The notes beneath the pieces were generated by a model. That model was not told where the DNA came from. It saw only the letters and a list, made by a program, of their open reading frames with translations, and ran no database searches. DNA of 52,574 nucleotides, the filler included, from an uncultured virus (IMG/VR IMGVR_UViG_2049941000_000887) (Duplodnaviria > Heunggongvirae > Uroviricota > Caudoviricetes). It is 7 parts of one record of this genome, joined end to end, with 100 filler letters (N's around TTAATTAATTAA, not from the genome) between each part and the next. Parts side by side here need not be neighbours in the genome. Positions count along the whole stretch, not along the records: positions 3,931 to 28,174 come from IMGVR_UViG_2049941000_000887; 6 more parts are not named here. One strand, given 5' to 3'. Positions 18,732 through 27,454 of the stretch are shown in pieces (positions within the stretch are counted from its first letter, which is position 1; every line of letters starts with the position of its first letter). The translations under genes and the position numbers were made by a program.

Positions 18732-19251
18732 CTAGTAGTAGTAGTACCGGCTGCCGTTCCTGCTTGTGCCGGAATGTCCGACCATGCCGATATTTGTGTC
18801 ACCGCAGTAGAGCTTTCCCGTCAGCAGGTATTCTTCCTTTGCGCGTTTCTTCTGCGGGTGCTTCCGGTTTCCTTCCAGCTTGCGCTGCACCGCTTCAAAC
18901 AATTCCTTATCCACGATCGCCGGAACGCCTCCCTCTATGCTGATGTCTTTGCAGATATAATATCCGATGTATTTCTTGTTACGAAGAATCGTGGTGAGAC
19001 TGTTTTTGTTGTAGGCATTGCCTCGGGCGGTTCTGATGCCGACGGAATTCAGGTAGTCGCATATCTCTTTGCAGGTATGCCCTTCCGCGTACATCTCAAA
19101 GATTTTCTTTACCACCGGCGCGGTCTATGTATTCCCTGACCACGGTCAGACCGTGGGCTTTGGCGTAGGCGTAGCACTCGCGGAGCTGCCCCTCAATGGA
19201 CTGCTCGTTCTGGCGCTCGGAACTGTATCGGGCGTAAATGACGGTCTTCAT
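18732..19251 (-). pseudogene. Serine recombinase allele with internal 386-bp deletion and frameshift
   Basis: MKTVIYARYSSERQNEQSIEGQ...EYIDRA jumps without a gap into the PVVKKIFEMY region in another frame (compare 2307-2701). Confidence 0.75.
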
Positions 19252-19281
19252 TAAAAATTCCTCCTTGATTTCATAAAATGT

Positions 19282-19400
19282 TTGACATACCGGGAGAAAT
19301 CTGCTATCATAATGACAGACCTCACCCTTGGGTGTTGGTTTGTATATTCCTCATTCCTCTATCCGGCTGTTTGGCGATGGACGGATAGGGGATTTTTTTA
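19282..19400 (+). ncRNA. Candidate antisense small RNA with its own promoter, upstream of the serine integrase
   Basis: TTGACA-17-TATCAT, ~85 nt, hairpin + T-run; homolog at 44467-44577. Confidence 0.55.
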
Positions 19401-19421
19401 TTTGGCTGAAGAAAAACAAAT

Positions 19422-20162
19422 TCAACTGAACTGTGTAAAAAACGTGAGCAGTTCCTTCCGCTCGGCTTCCGGAATGTCGGGATAAATCAGCGCGAAGGAT
19501 TTTTCGATCAGATGCTCCTTGGTCAGACTGTCCGGCGCATTCCGCAGGGAATGGCGGATTTCCGCGAGGGCGCGGCTCATCTCGGCGAGCTTCGGCCAGT
19601 CGGCGATATTGAATTGGTTGTAGAAGAGTCGTTCCAGCGGCTTTGCGTTCTTTGTCAGGTCAATGTGGCGGATATTGAATCTGATAAAGGGCGTGGCGCA
19701 GATTTCGGTGTTTTCATCGTAGGAATAGAAGCAGTATTCCTCCCCGTTGGTGAGGATGATCAGGTGCGCGTTTTTGGCCGCGTTGAAGTAGCCGGCAATC
19801 TGCCTGACGAAATTTTTGTTCCGGTCGATGTGCTTGAAGCGGATGCGTTTGGCTTCGACGTACACCCAGCCCTTGCCCTGTTTGGAGAAGGCAAAGTCGA
19901 CGTGCTTGTTGTAGCTGCCGGGAACCTTATGTTCCCAGCTCCAGAAGGGATCGTCGGTTTTCCAGCCGAACGCCCTGAAGAACGGCAGCACAAACTGTCC
20001 GCAGGTGTTGGCCTCGTTGATGTCCTTCTGCTTCAAAGGAAAATGCCCCATGTCATTCACGATTTTTTCAATGTCAATCTGCGCGTATTCCAGCGTGTAC
20101 TCATGGCGCGTCTTCTCCGGGGAAGCTTCGGGAAGCACCCGCGTTTTCTTCTTACCGAACAT
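19422..20162 (-). CDS. HsdR_N-like PD-(D/E)xK nuclease-domain protein
   Basis: NEANT...VLPFF.AFGW...VDFAF...VEAKR...ILTNG..Y.FY. Confidence 0.75.
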   Translation of the reverse strand: MFGKKKTRVLPEASPEKTRHEYTLEYAQIDIEKIVNDMGHFPLKQKDINEANTCGQFVLPFFRAFGWKTDDPFWSWEHKVPGSYNKHVDFAFSKQGKGWVYVEAKRIRFKHIDRNKNFVRQIAGYFNAAKNAHLIILTNGEEYCFYSYDENTEICATPFIRFNIRHIDLTKNAKPLERLFYNQFNIADWPKLAEMSRALAEIRHSLRNAPDSLTKEHLIEKSFALIYPDIPEAERKELLTFFTQFS

Positions 20163-20204
20163 ATTGCATCAATCTACTTTCTGCGAATATAATTAAAAAA
20201 ATGC

Positions 20205-20233
20205 TTGACAATCCCACTTGTGCGTATTATAAT
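20205..20233 (+). promoter_or_regulatory. Perfect sigma-70 promoter
   Basis: TTGACA-17bp-TATAAT. Confidence 0.85.
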
Positions 20234-20266
20234 GAAAGTGAAAATACCGAAAGGGGAATTTAAGAG

Positions 20267-20398
20267 ATGAATGAAAATCGCAATAAGGAAGATAAAAAGA
20301 TACTGATAAGCAAAATCAATGATCTGCTGTCGAAGATGTCAAAGAAGCAGCTCGCCCGAATTTATGACTTTATGAAGCTCCTTTACATATTCGACTGA
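20267..20398 (+). CDS. 43-aa protein convergent on the repressor gene (candidate antirepressor)
   Basis: MNENRNKEDKKILISKINDLLSKMSKKQLARIYDFMKLLYIFD; own promoter, AAGGGG RBS and downstream hairpin. Confidence 0.65.
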   Translation: MNENRNKEDKKILISKINDLLSKMSKKQLARIYDFMKLLYIFD

Positions 20399-20456
20399 GA
20401 GCACAGACAGGTACAACCGTGAGGTTCCAGCCAGATGGAGGGGGAGCCTCTTTTTT

Positions 20457-20816
20457 TTATTTGTTGTCGCTGAGGCTCATGATGTAATCCTTCAGAGCCT
20501 GCCGCGCCGCCTTGCTCATCTTTATGTATTCCTGAATAAGTTTGCGGTCGATCGGGTCAAGGTCATAAACCCGGCACAACTCGTCGAGTATTGTCTTGGG
20601 CAATTCGGAAAACATTTCCCCGTCGCCGTAAACCAGCCAGTCATAATTGACATTGAACTCCCGGCAGATGGATTTGATCATTTGCTCGGTCAGATTCCTA
20701 TTGCCTTTTTCAATATTTGAAATAGCCACTTTTGTGACTCCAACGCGGTCGCCAAATTTTTCAAGCGTCAGATCCATCGCCATCCGGAGCTGCTTTACTC
20801 TTTCGCCTTGTGTCAT
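20457..20816 (-). CDS. XRE-HTH prophage repressor, immunity type 1
   Basis: GERVKQLR...FGDRVGVTKVAISNIEKG...ICREFNVNYDWL..G.GEMF. Confidence 0.9.
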   Translation of the reverse strand: MTQGERVKQLRMAMDLTLEKFGDRVGVTKVAISNIEKGNRNLTEQMIKSICREFNVNYDWLVYGDGEMFSELPKTILDELCRVYDLDPIDRKLIQEYIKMSKAARQALKDYIMSLSDNK

Positions 20817-20873
20817 ATTATCACCACCCTTTGATAATAGTATAACTTATATGATTTGAAAAGTCAAGAAAAA

Positions 20874-20942
20874 AGTTATCAAAGATTACAAAAAACACTT
20901 GACAAAGTAATCTTTGAAGATTATACTGTAATCATAGATTAC
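20874..20942. promoter_or_regulatory. Operators and divergent promoters, type 1
   Basis: GTAATC-N3-GATTAC palindrome in 2-3 copies around TTGACA..TATACT. Confidence 0.7.
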
Positions 20943-20960
20943 TGAATAGAGGTGATACAT

Positions 20961-21110
20961 ATGGCAAAAACACTTCCCGAGGCTATGGCGGCTAACAGTC
21001 AGGTGAAGGAAATCATTGCTTTCATCAAACTGCTGGAAAAGCTCAATGATATCCAGAAGGCAAGACTCGAGGGCGTCGCCATCGGCATGACCATGGACAA
21101 GCCCGCGTAA
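20961..21110 (+). CDS. 49-aa first lytic-direction gene (Cro position)
   Basis: GAGGTG RBS; MAKTLPE...ARLEGVAIGMTMDKPA. Confidence 0.65.
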   Translation: MAKTLPEAMAANSQVKEIIAFIKLLEKLNDIQKARLEGVAIGMTMDKPA

Positions 21111-21130
21111 TAAGCGAAGGAGGAAAAAAC

Positions 21131-21412
21131 ATGAGATTATGGAACATGAGCGACGAGGAGATCGCCGGACTCGTCAAAAGCACAGGCGCGTCCCTCTATG
21201 GAAACTTCCGCAGGGACGGCAAGAAGAAAATCGTTAAGGCGCTTCCGGGGGAGCATGGCATTGATTACAATCTTTCGGTGAGCAAGAATCAATTCGGCGC
21301 GAGAGTGCTGAACATCACGCTTTACAACCCCGATATGCCGCCGGCTTTCTGGGCCAAAGGATACAGGTTCGACGACAACAAGGCGGTCAGGTACATCAAA
21401 GTAGAAATATAG
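21131..21412 (+). CDS. Phage hypothetical protein
   Basis: AAGGAGG RBS; in early operon. Confidence 0.6.
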   Translation: MRLWNMSDEEIAGLVKSTGASLYGNFRRDGKKKIVKALPGEHGIDYNLSVSKNQFGARVLNITLYNPDMPPAFWAKGYRFDDNKAVRYIKVEI

Positions 21413-21415
21413 GAG

Positions 21416-21643
21416 GTGAACATCATGGAGGAAGACAAACAGAAAATCTGTGATCTGCTGGTGCCTGTGCTGCAGGCGACCGGCGCCGGAAGCAGGCTCA
21501 TCGCGCTGGAGTATGAATGCGACCAGCGCAAGCACCGCGAAACGGTCACGATCCGCTTTCAGGGCATCCCCCAGCAGAAGGCAAATGTCACAGGCGACAG
21601 CGGCGTCGCGATGATCTATGACATTCTGTGCAAGGTATTTTAA
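21416..21643 (+). CDS. Phage hypothetical protein (paralog 25261..25488)
   Basis: EDKQKICDLL...ANVTGDSG.AMIYDI. Confidence 0.7.
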   Translation: MNIMEEDKQKICDLLVPVLQATGAGSRLIALEYECDQRKHRETVTIRFQGIPQQKANVTGDSGVAMIYDILCKVF

Positions 21644-21660
21644 ACAAGGAGGTAAGCAAA

Positions 21661-21849
21661 ATGCAAACACACATCACGCAGCTTTATTTCCACAACCGTG
21701 CGGATCACGCGCTCTGCGCGTTCATCCACAAGCTCCGCGAGAAGTACGGACCGCTTGACCCGGACGTCAACGAGGATTACCGCAGCTGGCTCATCGAGCA
21801 AGGCAAGCTCCCGCCGGACTACCAACCGAAGGATGTGATGGCGCAATGA
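21661..21849 (+). CDS. Phage hypothetical protein
   Basis: AAGGAGGT RBS; ATGA overlap with the next gene. Confidence 0.55.
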   Translation: MQTHITQLYFHNRADHALCAFIHKLREKYGPLDPDVNEDYRSWLIEQGKLPPDYQPKDVMAQ

Positions 21850-22028
21850 AAATCATCGGAGGACTGGGCGCGATCCTGCTGCTGATGATGGCGGCCGGAT
21901 GGCTCGCGAATCACATTACCGGCGGCATGATACTCGCGCTGGTGATCGTCCTGTGGCTGGGGTTCGTCGGGTGGATGATCCGCGGCTACCGCGATTCGGT
22001 CAGGCAGGAGAAGGACAGCCGTGTATAG
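21846..22028 (+). CDS. Small two-TM membrane protein
   Basis: Two hydrophobic stretches; partial copies at 25773-25824 and 48006-48120. Confidence 0.6.
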   Translation: MKIIGGLGAILLLMMAAGWLANHITGGMILALVIVLWLGFVGWMIRGYRDSVRQEKDSRV

Positions 22029-22331
22029 AGGACCGTATAACAGTGAACCGGCACCCATTCCGCTGACCGCGCAGGAACTCATGTGGCTCCACGGGCTGAC
22101 CGTCGAGCAGGGACTCCGGCAGGGGTATTGCATCGTAGGACACGAAAAAGAATGGCGCGCGGCAAGACGCGCGGCAAAGGCGGAGGAACAGAAGGCGCTC
22201 GGAGGCAGGCGGCGGGAATGGGATTATCTCGACAGGCCGAAAAAGCCCGAGAAGCCAAAGCCGCCGAAACCGGATAACGAATGGGTTCCGCCGCCGAGAT
22301 CATGGCGGCAGATACTTCCGAAGAACACGCC
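22021..22331 (+). CDS. Phage hypothetical protein (paralogs 47688..47995, 48124..48257)
   Basis: PLTA.ELMWLHGLTVE.GLRQGYCI.GHEKEWRAA in three copies. Confidence 0.6.
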
Positions 22332-22341
22332 NNNNNNNNNN

Positions 22342-22491
22342 GGAGCACATGGAAGATGTAAAATCACTATCCGCAGTTATGCAAAGAAAACAGACAAAGC
22401 AGGTGAGCAGACCGGGCGCAGCAACAATATACAATATCTCGAAGCGGAGACTGCCGCGCCTGCCAGACGGTTTACAGCGGGGACATTTTAA
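22342..22491 (+). CDS. C-terminus of the DUF669-like SSB
   Basis: GAHGRCKI...SNNI...FTAGTF directly before the helicase; plausibly continues 50994..51302 (NWPAVP). Confidence 0.55.
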   Translation, partial: GAHGRCKITIRSYAKKTDKAGEQTGRSNNIQYLEAETAAPARRFTAGTF

Positions 22492-22918
22492 TGAACAATA
22501 TGACTCTTCGACCCTATCAGCAGGAAGCGCGTGACGCTATCCTCGGGCAGTGGGAACAGGGGTTTCAGAAGACGCTGCTGGTGCTCCCTACCGGCTGCGG
22601 AAAGACAATCGTATTTGCCAGCGTTACCGAGGAATGTGTGCGTCAGGGTCGGCGGGTGCTGATTCTGGCGCACCGCGGGGAGCTGCTCGATCAGGCGGCT
22701 GACAAACTGAAAAAATCCACAGGTCTTGGCTGCTCAGTGGAAAAAGCGGAAGAGAGCTGTCTTGGCAGCTGGTTCCGTGTAACGGTCGGCTCTGTCCAGA
22801 CGCTCATGCGCGAAAAGCGGCTGGCACAATTTAAGCCGGATTATTTCAGCACTATCATCATTGACGAGGCGCATCACAGCCTGTCAGAGAGCTACCGGAA
22901 GATTCTCCGGCACTTTGC
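22491..22918 (+). CDS. SF2 helicase, N-terminal part
   Basis: LRPYQ, LPTGCGKT, IIIDEAHH. Confidence 0.9.
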
Positions 22919-23031
22919 NNNNNNNNNNGGAAAACACAACAAAACACGTCGGACGCGTTTCGGAAACACGCGAAAACACGTCGGACGCGATTCAAAACAC
23001 ATCACAAACACAAACGGAGGTTTTTACAAAC

Positions 23032-23253
23032 ATGGACAAGAACACACGCATTTTATTATTGATTCATCTCATGAGCAGCGAAAGCTTCGCGGCCATGCCG
23101 CAGGCCGAAAAGGCGATCCTGCTGACGGAATTGCTCTATGGCAAGGACAAGCCTGAGCCGGCGGCGGCTCCCAAGCAGCCGAAGCACCCCGGCGGCAGAC
23201 CAAAAAAGGACGCGACGGCAGCCGACGAGAAGGCGGAGGGGGATGAAGGATGA
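23032..23253 (+). CDS. Phage hypothetical protein
   Basis: GGAGG RBS; paralog of 2862..3069. Confidence 0.6.
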   Translation: MDKNTRILLLIHLMSSESFAAMPQAEKAILLTELLYGKDKPEPAAAPKQPKHPGGRPKKDATAADEKAEGDEG

Positions 23254-23453
23254 GAAGATTAAAGCCATGCCCGTTCTGCGGCCGGCAACCGATACTGATG
23301 GACGGGGCCGTTTCCAATATTCGGATGGTGCATTGTATGAATTGCGGCGCGATTGTATCATTCAGAGGCTGCGGGACGAGCGAATTGGAAACCATCGAGC
23401 GATGGAACACAAGAAGCAAGGACGACGAGAAGTCGGAGGGGGAAGCGGAATGA
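23250..23453 (+). CDS. Lar-like Zn-finger protein
   Basis: LKPCPFCG...VHCMNCG...IERWNTR; absent from the paralogous 2862-3436 array. Confidence 0.75.
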   Translation: MRRLKPCPFCGRQPILMDGAVSNIRMVHCMNCGAIVSFRGCGTSELETIERWNTRSKDDEKSEGEAE

Positions 23454-23614
23454 AATACGCACTGTATGACGCTTATGAAGAACCTGGGACCGAGCGGGGT
23501 GAGCTGGTCTGCGCATCGGACGATTACGCGGAGATTAAGGAAGCTGCAAAGCTCCGGTGCAAGGAAACCGACGGGGAGTGCGCCCTGTACTTATACGAAG
23601 AAAACGCCGGATAG
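23450..23614 (+). CDS. Small acidic phage protein
   Basis: Paralog of 3066..3230. Confidence 0.6.
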   Translation: MKYALYDAYEEPGTERGELVCASDDYAEIKEAAKLRCKETDGECALYLYEENAG

Positions 23615-23661
23615 TGCACTATGTACTTAATTGAAACGCTGCGCGGGGGGAGATTGGAAGA

Positions 23662-23874
23662 ATGAGCGGCACATCGGAGAGAATCATGAAAGAATTGCAC
23701 CGTGAAGCGGACTACGCGCTCAGGAGCCACAGCCGCGATCTGGTGTATCAGACCCACGGCAAGGCGCTGATGGCGTGCGATCTGGGCGCGATTTCATATG
23801 AGCAGTTCAAGGAGCTTAACCAGAAACTGGTGGTGGACGGGCTGAACAATTACGCCAAGTCCAGACTGAAATAA
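23662..23874 (+). CDS. Phage hypothetical protein
   Basis: Paralog of 3227..3436. Confidence 0.6.
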   Translation: MSGTSERIMKELHREADYALRSHSRDLVYQTHGKALMACDLGAISYEQFKELNQKLVVDGLNNYAKSRLK

Positions 23875-24025
23875 TTCCAAAAGAAAAAGCCGCCTCGGAA
23901 GCTGGCACTTCACGGGGCGGCAAAGGAATANNNNNNNNNNGCAGAACTTCGCGTCGTCATCATTGGCTGTGCGGCAATTGGGACATAGCTTCATAAACAT
24001 ACCTCCAAAAATTTCACGCCGGATA

Positions 24026-24145
24026 TTGACAAATTTCACTAGGCGTGGTAAAATATTTTCGGAGCGGTTGTCGCTCTATAGCACCACGTGATCTCTCTGC
24101 CGCCGATGTGGTAGTTGAACGGCAAAGAGGTCACAATCTTTTCTT
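24026..24145 (+). ncRNA. Candidate two-hairpin small RNA with promoter, copy 1
   Basis: TTGACA-17-TAAAAT; GGAGC/GCTCT hairpin; GTGATCTCT..CCG/CGG..AGAGGTCAC stem; T-run. Confidence 0.6.
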
Positions 24146-24334
24146 ATGCACAAAATCATACCTGATTACGCTTGTTTCTTATCCTCGGCAGGCTCGTCCG
24201 TGTATTTCGGCATACTCGCTATATCATCCGAGTAGGTTANNNNNNNNNNACAGAACTTTGCATCGTCCTCATTCTGTGTGCGGCAATTGGGACATAGCTT
24301 CATAAACATACCTCCAAAAATTTCACGCCATATA

Positions 24335-24455
24335 TTGACAAATTTCACTAGGCGTGGTAGAATATTTTCGGAGCTGCTGAGGCTCTATTGCACCACGTGA
24401 TCTCTTGGCCGCCGATGTGGCAGTTGAACGGCTGAGGGGTCACTTTCTTTTTTTA
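24335..24455 (+). ncRNA. Candidate small RNA, copy 2
   Basis: Same architecture; changes fall in loops or preserve pairing. Confidence 0.6.
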
Positions 24456-24474
24456 TGCACAAAATCGTATTCGA

Positions 24475-24855
24475 TTACGCTTGCTTTTTGGCTTCATGCG
24501 GCTCGTCCGTGTATTTCGGCATACTCGCTATATCGTCCGAATAGGTCACCAGCGTGTCCTGCCCCAGCTCGTTGAGCTGGTTATAATTATGGATTAACCT
24601 TTGCTTCTTGAAATCGCTCTCGCCTTGCGCGGGAGCTTTTTTTGTTTTGGGCGGTGAAGGGTCATTCGTACAACCAAGCAAATAATCTACTGAAGTATTG
24701 CATTGTATTGCAATCTTGACAAGAATTTCAGACTTTGGATCGTGTGTACCGGTTTCATATCCATTAAATGTGGTTGGCTTTATACCCAATAATTCCGCTA
24801 ATTCTTTTTGAGATAATCCTACTCGTTCTCGTGCTTCTTTTATGTAGAACTTCAT
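24475..24855 (-). CDS. XRE-HTH prophage repressor, immunity type 2
   Basis: IKEARERVGLSQKELAELLGI...YETG..DP...SVDYLLG; C-terminal YNQLNELGQ helix. Confidence 0.9.
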   Translation of the reverse strand: MKFYIKEARERVGLSQKELAELLGIKPTTFNGYETGTHDPKSEILVKIAIQCNTSVDYLLGCTNDPSPPKTKKAPAQGESDFKKQRLIHNYNQLNELGQDTLVTYSDDIASMPKYTDEPHEAKKQA

Positions 24856-25019
24856 GTGAAATCACCTCTCACAATGATAATACTACAAAAATTTCTAAAA
24901 GTCAATAAAAAAAATTCTAATTTCTCGAATTTTCTTTCTAAAAGCTCTTGATAAATTCGATTTTCTAGTATATCATTAACTTGTAAATCCGAGTTTCTCG
25001 AATTAAAGGAGGTGAACAT

Positions 25020-25238
25020 ATGCTTGCAAATATCGAAGCAGAGCGTGGCAGATTTCAGCTTACCAAAGAAGAGATTTCAAAAAGTTTGGGGATTACTTCA
25101 AAAACCTATTTAGCGTATATAAAGGGTAAGCCTATTCCTTCCAATGTTTTGATCAAAATGTCCCGGATGTTTGGTCGCTCTACCGACTACCTTCTGGGAT
25201 TGACCACGGAGCCGGAGGGCGAGGACAAGCCGGCGTAA
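25020..25238 (+). CDS. Cro-like HTH protein, type 2
   Basis: NIEAERGR..LTKEEISKSLGITSKTY...STDYLLG; divergent from the repressor. Confidence 0.85.
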   Translation: MLANIEAERGRFQLTKEEISKSLGITSKTYLAYIKGKPIPSNVLIKMSRMFGRSTDYLLGLTTEPEGEDKPA

Positions 25239-25260
25239 GCAAGCGATTCAGTGAGAGGGG

Positions 25261-25488
25261 GTGAAACACATGGACGAAGACAAGCAGAAAATCTGTGATC
25301 TGCTGCTGCCCGCGATACAGGCGACCAGCGCGGGAAGACGGATTCTCGCGCTGGAATATACCAGCGACGAAAGCAGACACCGCGAAACGGTGACCATCCG
25401 CTTTCAGGACATTCCCCAACAAAAGGCGAACGTCACAGGCGACAGCGGCGCCGCGATGATCTATGACATTCTGTGTAAGGTTTTTTAA
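25261..25488 (+). CDS. Phage hypothetical protein
   Basis: Paralog of 21416..21643. Confidence 0.7.
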   Translation: MKHMDEDKQKICDLLLPAIQATSAGRRILALEYTSDESRHRETVTIRFQDIPQQKANVTGDSGAAMIYDILCKVF

Positions 25489-25516
25489 TCTCAAACGAAA
25501 CAAGGAGGTAAACAGT

Positions 25517-25753
25517 ATGTATATCGAAGACGGTTTCAAAACGCCGGACAAGGTGGAAATCCTTTACATCTCGCCAAAGCAGGCGGCGGCTCGCTACGGC
25601 ATCAGCGCCGACATGGTGCGGCTGATGATTCACATGGAGGGCTTTCCGGACATCATGAAAGTCGGACGCAAAATCTGTATTCCGGTCAAGGCGTTTGACG
25701 AATTCATGGAGAAGAATTATCTCATCAGTCAGCCCCGGCATGTTTCCGGATAA
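25517..25753 (+). CDS. Excisionase-like (HTH_17/MerR-type) DNA-binding protein
   Basis: ISPKQAAARYGIS...FP..KVGRKICIP...FDEF. Confidence 0.75.
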   Translation: MYIEDGFKTPDKVEILYISPKQAAARYGISADMVRLMIHMEGFPDIMKVGRKICIPVKAFDEFMEKNYLISQPRHVSG

Positions 25754-25834
25754 GGACGAGGAGGTGACGGCATGATGAAAATCATCGGAGGACTGGGCGC
25801 GATCCTGCTGCTGATGATGGCGGCNNNNNNNNNN

Positions 25835-26924
25835 CTTTACTATCATTTAATGACCAAGCCTCAGAAACTTCAACCTCAACAGAATTCTTTTTATCATTTA
25901 ATAAATATGCCGTATAAACAGTCAGTGTTTTACCAGGTTTAATATCTCTGGTATCAGAATTATCATCATATTTTTTATCAAAAGAATAGGCTTTGTCGAG
26001 TTCTACACCATCTTGAAATGCTGTATATGACATTGCCAAGCTGAAATGAGCGGCTTTGCTGCTGTTGTTTGTAAACTTATACTCGACTATCAGACAATTT
26101 CTTTTTTTATAATCTTTACCGACTCTCGCAGAAACAATTTCCACATAATAGTCGCCCAATTTACCTTCATTAGTATTTATTGTGGATTCTTCTTCACTGG
26201 AAGAGTCATCGTCATCGTCATCGATTATTGCTGTATCCGTTTTTGCTGAATCTTTTTCAAGAGTCTTGAACAGCCCCATGACGTCCTCATATTCATTCCA
26301 CTCGCCATTGAAATATCCGTTGGCATAGTAAACGGTTGGTGCGTTTTTAACACTTGAATAGCCTATATAATAGCCGAAGACGGTAATTTTCGTGTTCTCT
26401 TTTAATTTGGAGTATATGTAGTTATCCAAAAACGTTACACACCAAATATNNNNNNNNNNNNNNNNNNNNNTGTCAACTGTTGTAAGCTCCTTGACCTTGC
26501 CGGAAAAATACACCTTTGTGTTTCCTAAACCGTTTTCACTTGCGGGAGAATTGTATTTGTCAAATTCAGCCGCCACATAGCTGTTTGCCTGAGCGTAATT
26601 CATTATTTCTTCCTGTGCCGACGGTCCGCTGGTACCAATTACTATCAGCAAAACGATGGTGAGTATAATCAGAACTCCATTTACCGAAGCGGAGATAATG
26701 CTGATTGGGTCTTTGATCCATACCTTTATTTTTTCCAGAATGACAGGCTGCTTCTTTACTGGCGGTACCGACATAGGAACCGGATTGGCAGGTACAACAG
26801 GAATCGGCGTAACCTGCGTGGGAACAACGCTTTTTGTTTCTTCCACAGGGAGACTGGTACCACAGTTCTTACAGAATTTTACATCATCCTGATTTTCTGT
26901 GCGGCAATTGGGACATAGCTTCAT
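25835..26924 (-). CDS. Zn-ribbon + single TM + extracellular (DUF5067/DUF4352-like) protein; superinfection-exclusion-like position
   Basis: CPNC...KFCKNCG; hydrophobic helix; YKFTNNS...AFQDGVEL...IKPGKT; other 5' copies at 23941-23994 and 24250-24303. Confidence 0.7.
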
Positions 26925-26955
26925 AAAAATACCTCCAAAAATTTCACGCCGGATA

Positions 26956-27052
26956 TTGACTTTTTTCACTCGGCGTGGTAGAATATTTTCGGAGCTGCCG
27001 AAGCTCTATTGCACCACGTGATCTCTTGGCCGCCGATGTGGCAGTTGAACGG
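26956..27052 (+). ncRNA. Candidate small RNA, copy 3 (cut by gap)
   Basis: TTGACT-17-TAGAAT; same hairpins. Confidence 0.55.
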
Positions 27053-27062
27053 NNNNNNNNNN

Positions 27063-27287
27063 GTTCCCAGCGGCGGGGGCTTTTTTTATCGGTTGTTCCT
27101 CTAAGTCATCAAGCGTATATCCAAGATAATGAACAATGGCGCGTACACTTGAAAGATAAGGCTCTTTTGTTTGACCTGAAAATAATTTATCAATAGTTGA
27201 CTTTGGTATTCCGGTAGCTTCAGATATTTCTTTTGAAGTCTTGCCGGATTGTTTTTTCATTTCTTTGAGCTTTTTTAACCAATCCAT
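27063..27287 (-). CDS. XRE-HTH prophage repressor, immunity type 3 (3'-truncated)
   Basis: KLKEMKK...EISEATGIPKSTIDKLFSGQTKEP...LGYTLDDL. Confidence 0.85.
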
Positions 27288-27454
27288 GCGAAAAAACCTC
27301 CCTGTGCTTTCAGTATATATCTGGTTATCCATTTTGTCAAGCAAAAAATTTCCGAATCAAGCAATTTTTTTCTAAAAATCTCTTGACAATTGCTTAATTC
27401 GGATGTATACTAAGCATGAAATTGCTTAATTCAGCAATTAAAGGAGGTGAGCGT

